A stretch of 30,576 nt of DNA from Eubacteriales bacterium. GTDB lineage: Bacteria; Bacillota; Clostridia; Oscillospirales; CAG-382. The notes under the pieces are model-generated. The model did not search any database. It saw only the letters and a program-made list of their open reading frames with translations, and was not told the origin of the DNA. Where the stretch lies: contig JAZUQW010000135.1 of assembly GCA_045605905.1 (NCBI GenBank), forward strand, positions 1 through 30,576, read 5' to 3'. The translations under genes were made by a program, and so were the position numbers. This document shows, piece after piece, positions 1-9,229 of the stretch. Numbering within the stretch: position 1 is the first letter of the stretch; the number at the start of each line of letters is the position of its first letter.

Positions 1-15
1 TCTTCCTAAGACCGC

Positions 16-2454
16 TTGGCCTCCGACTTGTTCACCAACGGCGCCGAGATATTTACGCCTTTGGCGGCGGTTTTGCTTTCGGTAATGCTCATTAACGCCT
101 TTATCGAGCAGCGTGCCGCCTGCTCTCTTAACAAAAGCACAAACAATACCGCTTTGCGAAGCGTGGTGTTAAGAGATGGAAAAATGCTTTCAGTTGGCAC
201 GGTCGCCCTTGTCCCCGGTGATGTGATAGAGTTGGGTAGCGGAAGTATTGTTCCCGCTGATGCAAGACTTGCCGAATCCAACAGGCTTTGTGTGTTGGAA
301 ACTCCTGTTACAGGTGTTAAGGTGTCTACCGAGAAGGATGCCGAGTATTTGGCAGACGATGAAAAAAACGGTAGCTATAACATGGTCTACGCCGGTACCA
401 TAGTTACATCGGGCAAGGCTACGGCAATCGTTTGTCGTACAGGCAAAAACTGCCGCCTGTTTAAGCAAGAGGCGGAGCCTGAAGAACAGTTGCCCCAAGT
501 GTACCATCGTACAAAAAAAGCACTGGATATCTTGTCTATCAGCGTTGCCGCTGTGTGTTTTGCCTTGGTTTTTGCAGGTTTCTTTATGGGCAAGCCCTTG
601 GTTGACCTGTATCTAAACGGGCTGGCGTGCACTCTTTGCTGTATGAAAAGCAGTGGTCGGGCTCTAATGCTTACAGGCTACGCTTTGGGCGTACGCAGTA
701 TGTATAAAAACTCTGCCGTTTTGCGAAAGGGCAGTGCGGTGGATACCCTTTGTCTTACCGATACGGTAATGTGCGATAAAGAAGTCGCTTTCCCTATGAG
801 CGAGCTGGAGCCAAAACGCGTGTTTATAAACCGCAGTTACTATGCGGTAAACGCCGAAAGCCGTGATGATATTCGCAAGGTTATGACCTACGCCTTGCTG
901 TGCTCGGACGTGCGCCGCAGTGGCAGTAAAGGCAAACTCGGTGAAAAATTCTACGGTATGCCCGCAGATGTGTGCCTTGCACGCTCCTGCGACAGCATTG
1001 GCATAAATATCGATTCGTTTAAAGAAAGCTTTTTCAGAATAGAGGCAGAATACGATAAAGACGGTGCCGTGCGCAGAGCTTTGTATCTGCATGACGATTC
1101 TAATTTGTTGATTATACGCGGCAAGCCGGAGGAGATACTGCCCCTGTGTGCAGGCTACGATGCCCAGGGCACCAACAACAGGTTTGACGATTTTTCCCGC
1201 CGCCGTATGGAGGATGCCGCCAGAGATATGGGCGATGCCTCACAGCACGTTATAGCTGTGGCATCGGCTGTTTGCGATTGCGACAGCTTGCGCAACACCG
1301 TAATGGCAGAAAGGCGCTTGGTGCTTAACGGTTTTATAGGGCTTTACACTTCTTTGGAGTTAGATTCTGCCAGCGCAGTCTATAAATGTGCCGCAGGTGG
1401 CATAGAAACCGTTATGCTTTCCGACGATGCCTACGTTACTGCCGCAAATATGGCGCGCAACGCGGGTATAATAGAAAACGAAAAGCAAATAATGTCTGCA
1501 GAAGAGCTTAAATATTTAGACCGCGGGCTTTATATAGCGGACAACGACAAATATAAGCTGTATCTTAACCTTAACGATTTGCAATGGCTGGATGTGCTTA
1601 ACCTCCGCCGCGAAAGCGGCAAGACCGTTGCAGTTACTGCCCATAACACCGATCGTATCGCTTTGATGAAAGCGGCAGATGCAAGCTTTGTTCCCGCTGC
1701 CGACTCGCCCGAGACGGTTAAGTATGCCGCGGACGTGTTGCTGTACAAGCGGGGGCTTAAAACGGTAGAGGCGGTACTTCGTTATTCCAAGATGATATAC
1801 AAACGTATTGTAAGCTCTGCCCGTCAGTTGGCATTGGCAGGTGTTGCAATGCTTGTGTGTATGGCGGCGGCGCTCTTTACCCCCATTGAGCAACCCTTAA
1901 GATTGCAGGATGCTGTCCTCGGTGGTGTTTGCATTAATTTGGTATTGGCGTTTTCCGCAGTGTTTACCTCCGACCACAGACGTTTATTGGAGGATAAGAC
2001 CGATTACCGCGGCGGCAAACGGGGCAGGGTATTTACTATGCTCTACGGCGCGGCTTCGGGCGCGGGGGTCGTGGGCTTTAACTTTATAGTCAAACAGTTT
2101 GGCGGAACCGAGGGCAGTCAACAGGCGGCAAGCCTTTTGGCGTTCACTCTGTTTATGGCGTTAGGTCTTCTTTTCGGGGCAGAGCAACAGCATATTTTGC
2201 GCTCCTCCGCTTTTAAAACCTGGCAGATATTTGCTGGTGCGGCGGTGGCAATACTAATGGTGCTGTTAAGTTTTGCAATGCCAAACATCGCACAAAGCTT
2301 GCATTATGCACGACCCAATTACGCTGAAACATTAACGGCAATAGTGTTCCCCACAGGCGTGTTCTTATTGTTTCAGTTGGCACTTATGATAACCGAGCTT
2401 ATTAAACTACATAAAACCAAAAACAGAAAGGAAAAGTATGATGAAATTCACTAA
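16..2454 (+). CDS. P-type ATPase-like membrane protein (type II Ca2+-ATPase architecture) with degenerate catalytic motifs
   Basis: The fold order is recognisable (VLRDGK, LVPGDVIEL.SG.IVPADARL, NMVYAGTIV.SGKATAIV..TG, C-terminal TM bundle). Key motifs are altered: TGES->TGVK, DKTGT->DKEVA, TGD->SDD, GDGVND->AHNTDR, and PEGL is absent. The start is uncertain: TTG at 16 with an in-frame TAA at 7-9. Confidence 0.75.
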   Translation: MASDLFTNGAEIFTPLAAVLLSVMLINAFIEQRAACSLNKSTNNTALRSVVLRDGKMLSVGTVALVPGDVIELGSGSIVPADARLAESNRLCVLETPVTGVKVSTEKDAEYLADDEKNGSYNMVYAGTIVTSGKATAIVCRTGKNCRLFKQEAEPEEQLPQVYHRTKKALDILSISVAAVCFALVFAGFFMGKPLVDLYLNGLACTLCCMKSSGRALMLTGYALGVRSMYKNSAVLRKGSAVDTLCLTDTVMCDKEVAFPMSELEPKRVFINRSYYAVNAESRDDIRKVMTYALLCSDVRRSGSKGKLGEKFYGMPADVCLARSCDSIGINIDSFKESFFRIEAEYDKDGAVRRALYLHDDSNLLIIRGKPEEILPLCAGYDAQGTNNRFDDFSRRRMEDAARDMGDASQHVIAVASAVCDCDSLRNTVMAERRLVLNGFIGLYTSLELDSASAVYKCAAGGIETVMLSDDAYVTAANMARNAGIIENEKQIMSAEELKYLDRGLYIADNDKYKLYLNLNDLQWLDVLNLRRESGKTVAVTAHNTDRIALMKAADASFVPAADSPETVKYAADVLLYKRGLKTVEAVLRYSKMIYKRIVSSARQLALAGVAMLVCMAAALFTPIEQPLRLQDAVLGGVCINLVLAFSAVFTSDHRRLLEDKTDYRGGKRGRVFTMLYGAASGAGVVGFNFIVKQFGGTEGSQQAASLLAFTLFMALGLLFGAEQQHILRSSAFKTWQIFAGAAVAILMVLLSFAMPNIAQSLHYARPNYAETLTAIVFPTGVFLLFQLALMITELIKLHKTKNRKEKYDEIH

Positions 2455-2632
2455 AGACACTATTGTTGGCGACATTCTTGACCAAAACCCTGAATGTGCC
2501 GAGCATTTCTTTGCCATTGGTATGCATTGCCTTGGTTGCCCCTGCTCAAGAAGTGAAACCGTAGCACAGGCTTGTGCCGCTCACGGTGCAGATGCAGACG
2601 CTTTGCTTGCAAAACTCAATGGAGAGGCATAA
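2438..2632 (+). CDS. DUF1858 domain protein (small Cys-containing redox/disulfide-type protein)
   Basis: TKDTIVGDIL....GMHCLGCP.S..ETV.QAC..HG.D...LL..LN matches the family pattern; GAAAGGA RBS; overlaps the end of the ATPase. Confidence 0.8.
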   Translation: MMKFTKDTIVGDILDQNPECAEHFFAIGMHCLGCPCSRSETVAQACAAHGADADALLAKLNGEA

Positions 2633-2650
2633 GGGGAGGTTGACGGCTTT

Positions 2651-3394
2651 ATGAAATATACGGCTGTTTGGGCACACAGAGGCGCCTCCGCTTATGCTCC
2701 CGAAAACACCCTTTCTGCCTTTGTTTTGTCAGCGCGTTTGGGTGCAGACGGCATAGAGTTGGACGTCCATTTGACCGCCGACGGTGAGATTGTGGTTTGC
2801 CACGACTCCAGCATTAACAGGACAAGTGACGGCGAAGGTGTTATTGAAGAAATGACCCTTGCAGAGCTTAAATCCTACAGCTTTGGCTATTCCGCCGCGT
2901 TTGGCAAACGTTTTTATGACGAAAAAATCGCAACCCTTGCAGAGGTTTACGATGCAATCTTACCCACCGACTTGGTCATAAACGTAGAGCTTAAGCGTAC
3001 TAACCCCGGTATAGTGGATAAGGTTTTAGAGCTTGAGAAGAAGTATAACGCCCAAAGCAGAATTATATATTCTTCCTTTGTGCTTGAGTATTTGGAAGAG
3101 CTTAAGGAAAAATCACCCGAAAGCTTTGTTGCACCGCTTTACGGTGACGACCCCGAATATTTAAGACTTGGCACAAGGCTTAAGGCGGCGGCATTGCATC
3201 CGTCCTTTGCACCCGTACTTGCAGACCCCAACTACGTGGCAAACTGCCACGCCGCAGGGCTTAGAGTACACCCCTACACCCCCAACAGCAAGGAAGACCT
3301 TAAGGCGCTGATGGACGCAGGTGTAGACGCAGTTATCACCAATTACCCCGACAGGGCAATTGATATAAGAACAAAAATACTTAGGAGGTTTTAA
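2651..3394 (+). CDS. Glycerophosphodiester phosphodiesterase (GDPD family)
   Basis: WAHRGAS..APENTL.AF, GIELDVHLT.DG..VV.HD, NVELK, GVDAVITNYPD motifs. Confidence 0.9.
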   Translation: MKYTAVWAHRGASAYAPENTLSAFVLSARLGADGIELDVHLTADGEIVVCHDSSINRTSDGEGVIEEMTLAELKSYSFGYSAAFGKRFYDEKIATLAEVYDAILPTDLVINVELKRTNPGIVDKVLELEKKYNAQSRIIYSSFVLEYLEELKEKSPESFVAPLYGDDPEYLRLGTRLKAAALHPSFAPVLADPNYVANCHAAGLRVHPYTPNSKEDLKALMDAGVDAVITNYPDRAIDIRTKILRRF

Positions 3395-3396
3395 GG

Positions 3397-3906
3397 ATGT
3401 CAAAGAAAAACGGAAAGAAAGGTTTTTTCACAGAGTTTAAGGAGTTTATAACCAAAGGCAACGTGCTTGATATGGCAGTCGGTGTTATCATCGGTAATTC
3501 CTTCAAGGCTATCGTTACCGCCCTTACCGACAAGATAATTATGCCCGTGGTTACATACGCTATAGGCAACAAGTCTGTTTCTGAAGTAAAGACAGTGTTG
3601 GTTGAAGAAAAGACCGAGCTTGTTGACGGTGTTGAAACCGTTACCACTGCCGAATCTGCAATCTATTGGGGCGAGTTTATTCAAAGCATAATAGACTTCC
3701 TTTTGGTTGCACTTGTGCTGTTTGTTATCATCAAATCCGCAATGGTATTCCAAAAGAAGCGCGAAGAGCTTATGAAGAAACTTCGCAAGGAGGAAGAGGC
3801 TGTTGAGGAAGCTCCTGCTGCTCCCGCTGAACCCACCATCGAAGAAAAGAACGCAGAGGTTCTTAAGGAGATACGTGACCTTTTGGCACAGAACGTAAAG
3901 AAATAA
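3397..3906 (+). CDS. mscL: Large-conductance mechanosensitive channel
   Basis: EFKEFITKGNVLDMAVGVIIG..F..IV..L, G.FIQ.IIDFL..A.V.F, LLKEIRDLL-like C-terminus; AGGAGG RBS. Confidence 0.9.
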   Translation: MSKKNGKKGFFTEFKEFITKGNVLDMAVGVIIGNSFKAIVTALTDKIIMPVVTYAIGNKSVSEVKTVLVEEKTELVDGVETVTTAESAIYWGEFIQSIIDFLLVALVLFVIIKSAMVFQKKREELMKKLRKEEEAVEEAPAAPAEPTIEEKNAEVLKEIRDLLAQNVKK

Positions 3907-3912
3907 AAAATG

Positions 3913-3942
3913 TGGCGCGGGGATAAAATTATCTCCGCGCTA
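3913..3942 (+). terminator. Intrinsic terminator-like hairpin after mscL
   Basis: TGGCGCGGGGATA-aaat-TATCTCCGCGCTA stem (two G-T pairs) with a T-rich tract shortly after. Confidence 0.6.
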
Positions 3943-3971
3943 TTGACATTTTTTTGTTATGGGTTTATAAT
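3943..3971 (+). promoter_or_regulatory. Consensus sigma-A promoter for the pyridoxal kinase gene
   Basis: TTGACA (3943-3948), 17 bp spacer, TATAAT (3966-3971). Confidence 0.8.
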
Positions 3972-4021
3972 TGTTTCCATAAATTCAGGACGTTTGCGCC
4001 CTCAAGTTAGGAGGAAAAATC

Positions 4022-4855
4022 ATGGCTTATAAAAGAGTTTTAACGGTACAGGATATATCCTGTGTGGGGCAATGCTCGCTGACCGTGGCATTACCCATAA
4101 TTTCCGCCTGCGGTGTTGAAGCCGCTGTTTTGCCGTCGGCTGTTTTGTCAACTCATACAGCGGGCTTTACGGGTTATACTTTCCGTGACCTTACAGAGGA
4201 TATTCCCGCTATAATGGCTCACTGGCAAAAGGAGGGCTTAAGCTTTGACGGTATCTATACAGGCTACTTGGGCAGTACCAAGCAAATTGATTATGTGGCA
4301 GATATATTTGATAACTGCGCGGCAGACGGCGCCGTTATAATAGTTGACCCTGCAATGGCTGATAACGGCAAGCTTTACCCCGCCTTTGACGACGAGTACG
4401 TTAAAGCTATGAAAACACTGTGTGGCAAGGCAGACTATATTTTGCCCAACATTACCGAGGCTTGCTTCCTTACAGATACCGAGTATAAGACCCAATACGA
4501 CCGTGCGTATATAGACGGCCTGCTGGAAAAACTTGTAGCTCTTGGAGCAAAGAACGTTGTACTTACCGGTGTTTCTTACGAAGAGGGGACAACCGGAGTT
4601 GTTGTTTACGAAAATAACAGCTATGCTTATTATAAACACAAGTTTTTGCCGGGCAGTTGCCACGGCACCGGCGATATTTACGCCGCCGCCTTTACCGGCG
4701 CTCTTCTTCGCGGAAAAACACCTTATCAAGCAGCACAAACCGCGGCAGACTATACTGTGGAATGCATTAAAGTCACAGCTACCCTCAATAACCATTGGTA
4801 CGGTGCCGCCTTCGAGCCTGTCCTTGGCAAGCTTATAGATATGCTGGCAGAGTAA
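4022..4855 (+). CDS. pdxK: Pyridoxal/pyridoxamine kinase (ribokinase superfamily)
   Basis: QDISCVGQCSL, LSTHT, YTGYLGS, VDP.MADNG, PN.TEA, HGTGDIYAA (GTGD anion hole); AGGAGG RBS. Confidence 0.8.
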   Translation: MAYKRVLTVQDISCVGQCSLTVALPIISACGVEAAVLPSAVLSTHTAGFTGYTFRDLTEDIPAIMAHWQKEGLSFDGIYTGYLGSTKQIDYVADIFDNCAADGAVIIVDPAMADNGKLYPAFDDEYVKAMKTLCGKADYILPNITEACFLTDTEYKTQYDRAYIDGLLEKLVALGAKNVVLTGVSYEEGTTGVVVYENNSYAYYKHKFLPGSCHGTGDIYAAAFTGALLRGKTPYQAAQTAADYTVECIKVTATLNNHWYGAAFEPVLGKLIDMLAE

Positions 4856-4868
4856 TTAATAATACTGT

Positions 4869-4908
4869 AAATCACCCCAAGAAGCAGTTAGGCCTCTTGG
4901 GGTGATTT
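4869..4908. terminator. Bidirectional hairpin after pdxK whose stem matches the REP-like repeat arm
   Basis: AAATCACCCCAAGA-N12-TCTTGGGGTGATTT; the arm TCTTGGGGTGATT is identical to the ends of the repeat units at 16685-16697 and 20329-20341. Confidence 0.65.
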
Positions 4909-5005
4909 TATATCATTAATATATTTTGCTACCCGCCTCTTTTCACACAGTCCGTTTTATTACCCCGACTTTTGAATACAATATAGGTGAAAGGAGGCAG
5001 GATGG

Positions 5006-5203
5006 ATGAAACAATGTTGCTATAAAAGCTATGACGAACTACCTATCGTACTCTCCGCCAAAGAGCTTGCCGCCGCTCTGTGTATATCTCGATCCGGCGC
5101 CTACGGACTTTTAAAAAGCGAAGGTTTTCCTTCTATCAACGTGGGCAACCGAATAATGGTCTCCAAAACCGCCTTTATTAAATGGCTTGAAAAAAGCGAT
5201 TAA
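5006..5203 (+). CDS. Excisionase-like helix-turn-helix protein (HTH_17 type)
   Basis: 65 aa, LP..LSAKELA..L.ISRS.AY.L.....FP.I.VG.RI.V.K..F..WL; AGGAGG RBS; the stop overlaps the dapF stop. Confidence 0.75.
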   Translation: MKQCCYKSYDELPIVLSAKELAAALCISRSGAYGLLKSEGFPSINVGNRIMVSKTAFIKWLEKSD

Positions 5204-6039
5204 AGTTGGATAACCCCGTCGCAAACCTTAACGGCGGGTCCTGTCATAAGCACTCGGTCTTCCGTTACGTTTATTTTAAGCTTGCCGCCCTTAAGGCATA
5301 CGGTTATATCCTCGCCTGCGGGGCAATATCCCAAAGCAACCGAAGCCGCCGCCGATGCACAGGCACCTGTTCCGCAAGCCCAGGTCTCACCACTGCCACG
5401 CTCCCAAACCCGCATCTCGATGGTGTGCGGGTCTATCACCTTTATAAATTCCGCATTAACGCGGTCAGGGAAAGCGGGGTGCACCTCCATAGCCTTGCCG
5501 TATATCTCCAAGGGGAAACCTGCAACGTCATCTACATAACAAACGCAGTGGGCGCTGCCCATAGACACTGCGGTACACAAAAATTCCTTGCCCTCTACTG
5601 TTAAGGGTACGGAAATACAACTGTCGCTGTCCCAAACCACCGGGACGGCGCTTTTTTCAAATACAGCCTTGCCGAGGTCTGCAGTGGCACCTGTGGCAAT
5701 ACCGTTTTCTATTTGCATATAAAGGGTCTTTATGCCGCTTAAGGTCTCTATTGTTATTACTTCCTTTTTTGCTATCCCGCTGTCGTATACATATTTACCT
5801 ACACAGCGTATGGCGTTTCCGCACATTCTGCCCTCACTGCCGTCGGCGTTAAACATACGCATTTTCGCATCGGCTATATCCGAAGGGCAAATCATTATTA
5901 GCCCATCGCCACCCACCGAAAAATGGCGGTCAGAAAGCTTTGCCGCCACCGCATTTGGGTCGTCAAGCTCTGTTTCAAAGCAGTTAATGTATATGTAATC
6001 GTTGCCGCAACCGTGCATTTTTGTGAATTTTAAAAGCAT
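5200..6039 (-). CDS. dapF: Diaminopimelate epimerase
   Basis: FTKMHGCGNDY, MCGNAIRC, SMGSAHCV, VWERGSGETWACGTGACA with both catalytic Cys. Confidence 0.95.
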   Translation of the reverse strand: MLLKFTKMHGCGNDYIYINCFETELDDPNAVAAKLSDRHFSVGGDGLIMICPSDIADAKMRMFNADGSEGRMCGNAIRCVGKYVYDSGIAKKEVITIETLSGIKTLYMQIENGIATGATADLGKAVFEKSAVPVVWDSDSCISVPLTVEGKEFLCTAVSMGSAHCVCYVDDVAGFPLEIYGKAMEVHPAFPDRVNAEFIKVIDPHTIEMRVWERGSGETWACGTGACASAAASVALGYCPAGEDITVCLKGGKLKINVTEDRVLMTGPAVKVCDGVIQL

Positions 6040-6043
6040 AAGG

Positions 6044-6712
6044 CTATTCTCCTATTCTCCAATCTACCGCATCTTCACCTAAAAACTCGTTGGCGGCAGA
6101 AAAATGTTTGCATCCGAAAAAACCGTTCCAAGCGGAAAGAGGGCTGGGGTGTGCGGCTGTAAGTATTTTATGGCGAGTGCCGTCAATAAGGCTTGCTTTT
6201 GCCTTTGCGTAGTTGCCCCACAGTATAAATACCATGGGCTTTTCCCGCTCGTTAAGCAGTTCTATTATCTTGTCTGTAAACTGCTCCCAACCTCTGCCGC
6301 GATGACTGCCCGCCTGTCCCTCTCTAACAGTAAGCACTGCGTTAAGAAGCAATACACCGTTTTTTGCCCAATCAGTAAGACAGCCATGGCTTGGTGGCAT
6401 TATGCCTAAATCAGACTGCAGTTCTTTGTATATATTGATTAGTGACGGAGGCGGCACAATTCCCTTGCAAACAGAAAAACACAGCCCGTGTGCTTGCCCG
6501 TAGCCGTGGTAGGGGTCTTGCCCCAATATAACCACCTTAACATTATTATAGTCCGTCGCCTTAAGAGCGTTGAATATATCGTTCATAGGCGGAAATATTC
6601 TGTGCCCGGAGCAAAGGTATTCTGCTTTTAAAAACTGCCTAAGCTTTAGATAATAGTCCGAGGCGAACTCTTCTTTTAAAAGCTCGTCCCAACTGTTGCC
6701 CAAATTAACCAC
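6044..6712 (-). CDS. ung: Uracil-DNA glycosylase family 1
   Basis: GQDPYH, GLCFSV, GVLLLN.VLTV, HPSPLS motifs; GGAGG RBS. Confidence 0.95.
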   Translation of the reverse strand: MVNLGNSWDELLKEEFASDYYLKLRQFLKAEYLCSGHRIFPPMNDIFNALKATDYNNVKVVILGQDPYHGYGQAHGLCFSVCKGIVPPPSLINIYKELQSDLGIMPPSHGCLTDWAKNGVLLLNAVLTVREGQAGSHRGRGWEQFTDKIIELLNEREKPMVFILWGNYAKAKASLIDGTRHKILTAAHPSPLSAWNGFFGCKHFSAANEFLGEDAVDWRIGE

Positions 6713-6734
6713 GTATACTCACCTCCTGTTCAAA

Positions 6735-6763
6735 ATAATAGCATAAAAAGTCGAATATTTCAA
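6735..6763 (-). promoter_or_regulatory. Sigma-A promoter for ung-dapF
   Basis: Minus strand TTGAAA, 17 bp, TATTAT with extended TG. Confidence 0.6.
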
Positions 6764-6794
6764 GGCGCAAACGGCATAAATGCGGTTTTTGCCC

Positions 6795-6823
6795 TTGAAA
6801 AAATGTAAATAATGTAGTATTAT
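6795..6823 (+). promoter_or_regulatory. Sigma-A promoter for the 6862-16446 gene run
   Basis: TTGAAA (6795-6800), 17 bp, TATTAT (6818-6823). Confidence 0.55.
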
Positions 6824-6861
6824 ATAAAGTATATAGGTATGAGAATGGGGGTGCTTTTGCT

Positions 6862-8370
6862 ATGCGTAGGTTCGCGTTGACCTTTGTATGCTTTTTTGTG
6901 CTCCTTTCTTTGTCTTTACCGGTATTTGCAACGGAAGGAAATATGTCTAAAGCCTCGGTGTCTATCAATCTTTCCAACACTGTGGCAGAGTACTCTCCTA
7001 TGGGTCACCGTCCTGTTGCCGATGCGGGCGATTTCAGCGCAGAGCTGCGTTACGAGATTACTGATAGCCAAACAGGAGAGCTTGTGACACTGCCTATAAG
7101 AGACGTGGGCTCCTACACCGTAAGGGCTTATATAAATGCCACCTCTACTCATGACTCTGCAGAGGCGGTGGCAAGCTTTACGGTAATTCCCGCAAAGGTA
7201 TATATTTCCGTTCCGAATCAAACGGTACCTCATACCGCCATGGCTAACCCTGTAATGTATTCGGTGTCCCCGTCATGGGCGACAGATATGCTTGATATAA
7301 AAATAAGCTATTACGCCATAAAATCATTGAACGATGCGGGTAAGCCCGTGGATGTACCAAAGGATATGGGTACCTATATGGTGCATATGGAAACCACCCC
7401 TCTTAACGAGAAGGTGGAGTGCGCGGGTAAATACTTGGTATTTACCGTTGGTGAGGTCTACGGAGGTCCTGTTTCGGAGGAAGAGGCACTTCTTTCCGTG
7501 CCCAAAAGCTTTAAAGCCACCGTACAGACCGTAGAAACCGAATATACAGGTACAGCCGTTGTGCCTGAGTACAGTGTAAATGTTGCGGCCGCAGATTGTA
7601 CGCTTATGTTTAGTCGTATATATGCGGACGGTAGCAGTAGCGCTTATACCGAAGAGCCGCCTGTGGACCCCGGTGACTATACAGCCGCCTGCTTTGTTTT
7701 AGATACTGTTATAGGCAGCAGCAGAATAGTCATAAATAAGGTCGCCGCAAAAATAGATATGAAAGACGCAGTATATACCTACACTCCCGAAGGAGTAGGC
7801 TTAACTCCGGCAGAAACCGTACCCGAGGGAATAGAGCTTAAATACAGCGCATATAAGTATGTTAACGGCGAGGCAGGCGCGGCTGTTGAATTTCCGCTTG
7901 TGGAGTGCGGTACCTATCTGATATCCGCTTCTCCCAAAGACACCTACCGATACAGCTATACAAACAGTGTAAGCTATAGCTATATCACCATAAAAAAGGT
8001 AGACCCGGTTATAGAAGGGCAAGAGCTAAAGGCGGTAGAGGATGGCGACTTTAAAAGTGTTAACTTTAGTGTAAGTCCCGATTACGCAAGCTATAGCCTT
8101 TCGTACTACAAAATAGAGGGTAGCACGGCTACACCTATTGTGGGCGAACCTGTCAAAGCGGGTAAGTACTATGCGGTGGTATCCGTCAAAGAGGATAGCC
8201 GCGTAAATTCGGCAACAAAGATTTATGGCGTTATTATAAAGTCTAACGTGGATCAAAACCGCGTTCTTGCAAGCAAGGCCATAAAACAGTTGTGCTATTT
8301 ATTTGGCGTATGCGGCGTCAGTGTAGCAATGCTTCATATCGTTTTGACAAAACTTCGCAGAAAGAGGTAA
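6862..8370 (+). CDS. Secreted, C-terminally anchored surface protein with about five beta-rich MBG-like repeats
   Basis: N-terminal signal peptide; recurring P-x2-3-G-x-Y motif (PIRDVGSY, PKDMGTY, PVDPGDY, PLVECGTY, PVKAGKY); C-terminal hydrophobic helix followed by KLRRKR. Confidence 0.65.
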   Translation: MRRFALTFVCFFVLLSLSLPVFATEGNMSKASVSINLSNTVAEYSPMGHRPVADAGDFSAELRYEITDSQTGELVTLPIRDVGSYTVRAYINATSTHDSAEAVASFTVIPAKVYISVPNQTVPHTAMANPVMYSVSPSWATDMLDIKISYYAIKSLNDAGKPVDVPKDMGTYMVHMETTPLNEKVECAGKYLVFTVGEVYGGPVSEEEALLSVPKSFKATVQTVETEYTGTAVVPEYSVNVAAADCTLMFSRIYADGSSSAYTEEPPVDPGDYTAACFVLDTVIGSSRIVINKVAAKIDMKDAVYTYTPEGVGLTPAETVPEGIELKYSAYKYVNGEAGAAVEFPLVECGTYLISASPKDTYRYSYTNSVSYSYITIKKVDPVIEGQELKAVEDGDFKSVNFSVSPDYASYSLSYYKIEGSTATPIVGEPVKAGKYYAVVSVKEDSRVNSATKIYGVIIKSNVDQNRVLASKAIKQLCYLFGVCGVSVAMLHIVLTKLRRKR

Positions 8371-8374
8371 TTAT

Positions 8375-9205
8375 ATGGGTATATTTGAAGCGATTATATA
8401 TGGCGTTGTTCAGGGCGTGGCAGAGTTTTTGCCTATATCCAGTTCCGGCCATTTGGCGTTGGCGCAAAACTTTTTCGGTGCATCGGATACAGAGGCTTTG
8501 TTTAGCTTTAATATCCTTTTGCACTTCGGCACGCTTGTGGCGGTTTTTGTAATGTATTTTGCCGATGTGTGGCAGCTTATAAAAAGCGTGTTCTCTTTGA
8601 TAGCGCGCCCCTTTAATGGCAAGCTTAAAGACCCGCTTAACAGTGGTGAAAGGCTGTTTTTAATGCTTTGCATTGCCACCTTGGTGCTTATACCTGCGGC
8701 TTTGCTCTCCGATAAGGTGGCAGCGCTATCCACAGTAAGCTGGGCTATAGGCGTTTTGCTGTTGGTTAACGGCTGTATGCTTTTTGTCTCCGACCGCTTA
8801 AGTCGCGGTAACGAAAGCTTGGAAAACAGCAAGCTGCGCCGCGCTTTGTACATAGGTGTATTTCAGCTTTGCGGTGTGTTGCCGGGTATATCCCGTTCCG
8901 GTAGCACCATTACCGGCGGTCTGTTTAATAATTTAGACCGTAAAGAGGCATTGCGATTCTCCTTCTTAATGTCTATCCCCGCTATTTTGGGTGCCAACCT
9001 GTTAGAGCTTATCTCCCACGAGGGCGATATTTTTGGCGATGTTGGTGCAGTTGCTTGTATTGCAGGCATGGCGGCGGCGGCATTATCCGGCATATTTGCA
9101 ATTAAGATACTGAATTATTTTGCTAAAAAGAAGAACTTTACTGTTTTTGCGGTTTACTGTCTGCTGGTGGGCTCTGCCGCAATAATAGGGGATTTGTTGA
9201 TATAA
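8375..9205 (+). CDS. uppP: Undecaprenyl-diphosphate phosphatase (BacA family)
   Basis: GVVQGVAEFLPISSSGHL, LHFGTLVAV, PGISRSGSTI, FSFLMSIPAILGA. Confidence 0.95.
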   Translation: MGIFEAIIYGVVQGVAEFLPISSSGHLALAQNFFGASDTEALFSFNILLHFGTLVAVFVMYFADVWQLIKSVFSLIARPFNGKLKDPLNSGERLFLMLCIATLVLIPAALLSDKVAALSTVSWAIGVLLLVNGCMLFVSDRLSRGNESLENSKLRRALYIGVFQLCGVLPGISRSGSTITGGLFNNLDRKEALRFSFLMSIPAILGANLLELISHEGDIFGDVGAVACIAGMAAAALSGIFAIKILNYFAKKKNFTVFAVYCLLVGSAAIIGDLLI

Positions 9206-9229
9206 AATAAATACAGAACGGTAAATTAT

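Noticed and set aside
4869-5203. Prophage or ICE boundary at the Xis-like gene
   Set aside because: No integrase, att direct repeats or tRNA target; core genes flank both sides.
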